A DNA stretch of 64,000 nt from positions 124,001 to 188,000 of IMG/VR virus record IMGVR_UViG_3300045125_000071; one strand, given 5' to 3'. How positions within the stretch are numbered: position 1 is the stretch's first letter; each line of letters opens with the position of its first letter. Below are positions 62,240 to 64,000 of this stretch, in pieces. The notes under the pieces are model-generated. The model did no database searches and was not told the DNA's origin. It saw nothing but the letters and a program-made list of their open reading frames with translations. The position numbers and the translations under genes were made by a program.

Positions 62240-63118
62240 TTATATCTCCGTTATGGTGAACCTGATAACCTTGACCAAACCTGGAACCTTTCTCATCTCA
62301 TCCGTTATCAACTTATAACGTTTCCCCCAATCATTGTCATTTTTATTAATCAAACCCTTCCGCTCCAATTCCTTCTGAATCTCATAATAACGATTATCAT
62401 CCTCCCTTTCCAAAAGGATTTCGCCATTTGAAAAATCCTGATGCAAATGGTGTCCAAGTTCATAGAAAACTCCGCGATGTCTGGTGATTTTCCATAAAAT
62501 CGAATCATCGCTATTAAAACGACCATCCTCGCTTACCAACACGCCCCCCAAAAGCGAATGAATCGCATCACTTATCTCTTCATCCGTTGGCTTGGTCAAA
62601 AACTTTGCGGTTGTCTTGAAATTATCAATGGTTAACTCAAACTTGAATTGCGGACGAATCATCTTCCCCATCCCTGTACTCAGGAACATGATAAAATTCG
62701 GGAGCAGCCGTGCTGTTGTCATTGCCACCAAATAACCATGAATTCTTGTTGAATATGAAATTCCTCAAATCATGCTTGCCATTCGGAACAATGCCATATG
62801 ATTCATGGTCAATGTAGCCATCATCCAACCCATTAAATCGAACATCCGTCGCCCCAGTCTGCTCCATGATTACCTCTTTCAACATTTCCAACTTTTCATC
62901 ATTATTGGCGAACGATTGGGCGGCATAACTCGCCTTGGTCGGAGCATCATTATTTTTGAACCAATCCCAACCATATTCCCCACCAAATATTTCCACAACA
63001 CCATATTGGTCTGGATATAAGGTGTCAAGAACAAATTGCTTATCCTCCGATGCAAGCGAAATGGAATGTGACGATGAGCTGTTTGTCTCAAAACCCCCTT
63101 TCTGATTAATTTCTTCAT
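62240..63118 (-). CDS. conserved phage protein, RxGVFETNSSSxHS family (frameshifted)
   Basis: MKKLIRKG(V)FETNSSSSHS; GYIDHES; F....GNDN. Confidence 0.65.
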
Positions 63119-63135
63119 GATTCCGTTTGTTTGTA

Positions 63136-63700
63136 TTAATAGATATTTGATTTGACCTGGTCCATCTCAACGCTTCTCTTCTGCATCAATATTTCATTCT
63201 CATATGTTATCTTCACCTGTTTGTATTTGGATATCTCAACCTGAACATTTGTGTTATCCTTATATAACCATGTTGTGGAATATTGGCAATTTTCAGATTG
63301 AACCGCAACCATTTCATAACCATCATTCAATTCATATGGTGCGGTGAATTTTTCCGATATATAATCTGGTTGACCATATTTCTTTGTCAAAGTTTCAACC
63401 ATCTCTTCGTATTTTTCATTTAACATATCCCAGGTTTCCTGCTTTTCCAAATATACGGTTAATCTACAGAACTGTTTTGATTTTGGTGTCAAAATCAAAT
63501 ACAATTCAACATCCTGCAACATGATTTTTCCGCTCATGTAGATTGCAAGGTCGTCGGTTTTCATTACTTTGAACCCCTTCTGTTTGAACCTCTCAACTGC
63601 CACCGAAGCATTGCCAGAAATGTTAACCCCATAAAATTGTTGGGAATAAGATTGAAAGCGAGAATAAAACGAAAGCCAGGATTGAAATAACTGTTCTCAT
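63136..63700 (-). CDS. putative secreted protein (frameshift after signal peptide)
   Basis: MRTVISILAFVLFSLSIFSQQF...G.N.SG joins ORF 63136-63603. Confidence 0.65.
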
Positions 63701-63848
63701 GATATATTTTTTGTAAAAATATGCAATTCTTTTTCTATTTACCAAATATTTTTATTTATTTGGAAAATTTTTGTTTCCCGCGAAATCAAAAAACGGCACC
63801 GTTTCATGGGTGCCGCCTTTGGTGTGGTTTTATTTAATTTAAAACCCT

Positions 63849-64000
63849 TAACACATGTTGGTCGTTATGGCTGAATAATCCTTAAACCCATCAGATGGCA
63901 TGTCCTTATATTCCCACCCTTTCTTCCCATAAAAACATCTCCTAAAATCAAGAAACTCACTGCATTCTCATATTCCTCCTTCGCCAAGAGCATCATCAAA
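63849..64000 (-). CDS. hypothetical protein, 3' end (partial)
   Basis: Open frame from the window end toward a hairpin at ~63790-63825. Confidence 0.45.

Noticed and set aside
1-64000. Programmed frameshifting, mass pseudogenisation or stop-codon recoding
   Set aside because: Dozens of breaks fall at homopolymer runs in otherwise intact genes of every class, and frames change rather than reading through a single stop type. This is typical of unpolished long-read assembly. Short-read polishing would settle it.

Overview
This 64-kb window looks like part of a large lytic dsDNA (jumbo/huge) phage, probably infecting Bacteroidota. The host inference rests on TAnnTTTG -7 promoter boxes, A-rich leaders without Shine-Dalgarno sites, and Bacteroidota-style lipoprotein signals. 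It has three parts. (1) 1-28.4 kb is very AT-rich and late/accessory. It holds a ~7.6-kb glycosyltransferase/methyltransferase cluster, a flavodoxin-like reductase, IMPDH/GMP reductase, DUF1599, a P-loop kinase, a GH19 endolysin, a GH24 lysozyme, a pterin dehydratase, a NUDIX protein and HNH endonucleases. Many of these genes share a TATTTAT upstream motif and a common N-terminal leader peptide. (2) 28.5-57 kb is more GC-rich and co-oriented. It is an array of expression cassettes built as [palindrome GATTTTGTCTAGTTT-N10-19-AAACTAGACAAAATC] - Bacteroidota-type promoter - one or more small genes - intrinsic terminator, with 22 full palindromes and 1 half site. Left flanks, spacers and right flanks assort independently between copies, which suggests shuffling at these sites. 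This array is the main candidate novel system. Nested in it are tRNA-like elements without anticodon loops (one split at its T-loop by a 1119-bp insert), an integron attC-like site with its cassette, and a homing endonuclease. (3) 57-64 kb holds small genes and a convergent non-coding region with a perfect parS palindrome and a DnaA box. Many genes are broken by single-base indels at homopolymers, most likely long-read assembly errors; I joined these by hand, so their coordinates are approximate. All family names come from motif recognition by eye, not database searches.
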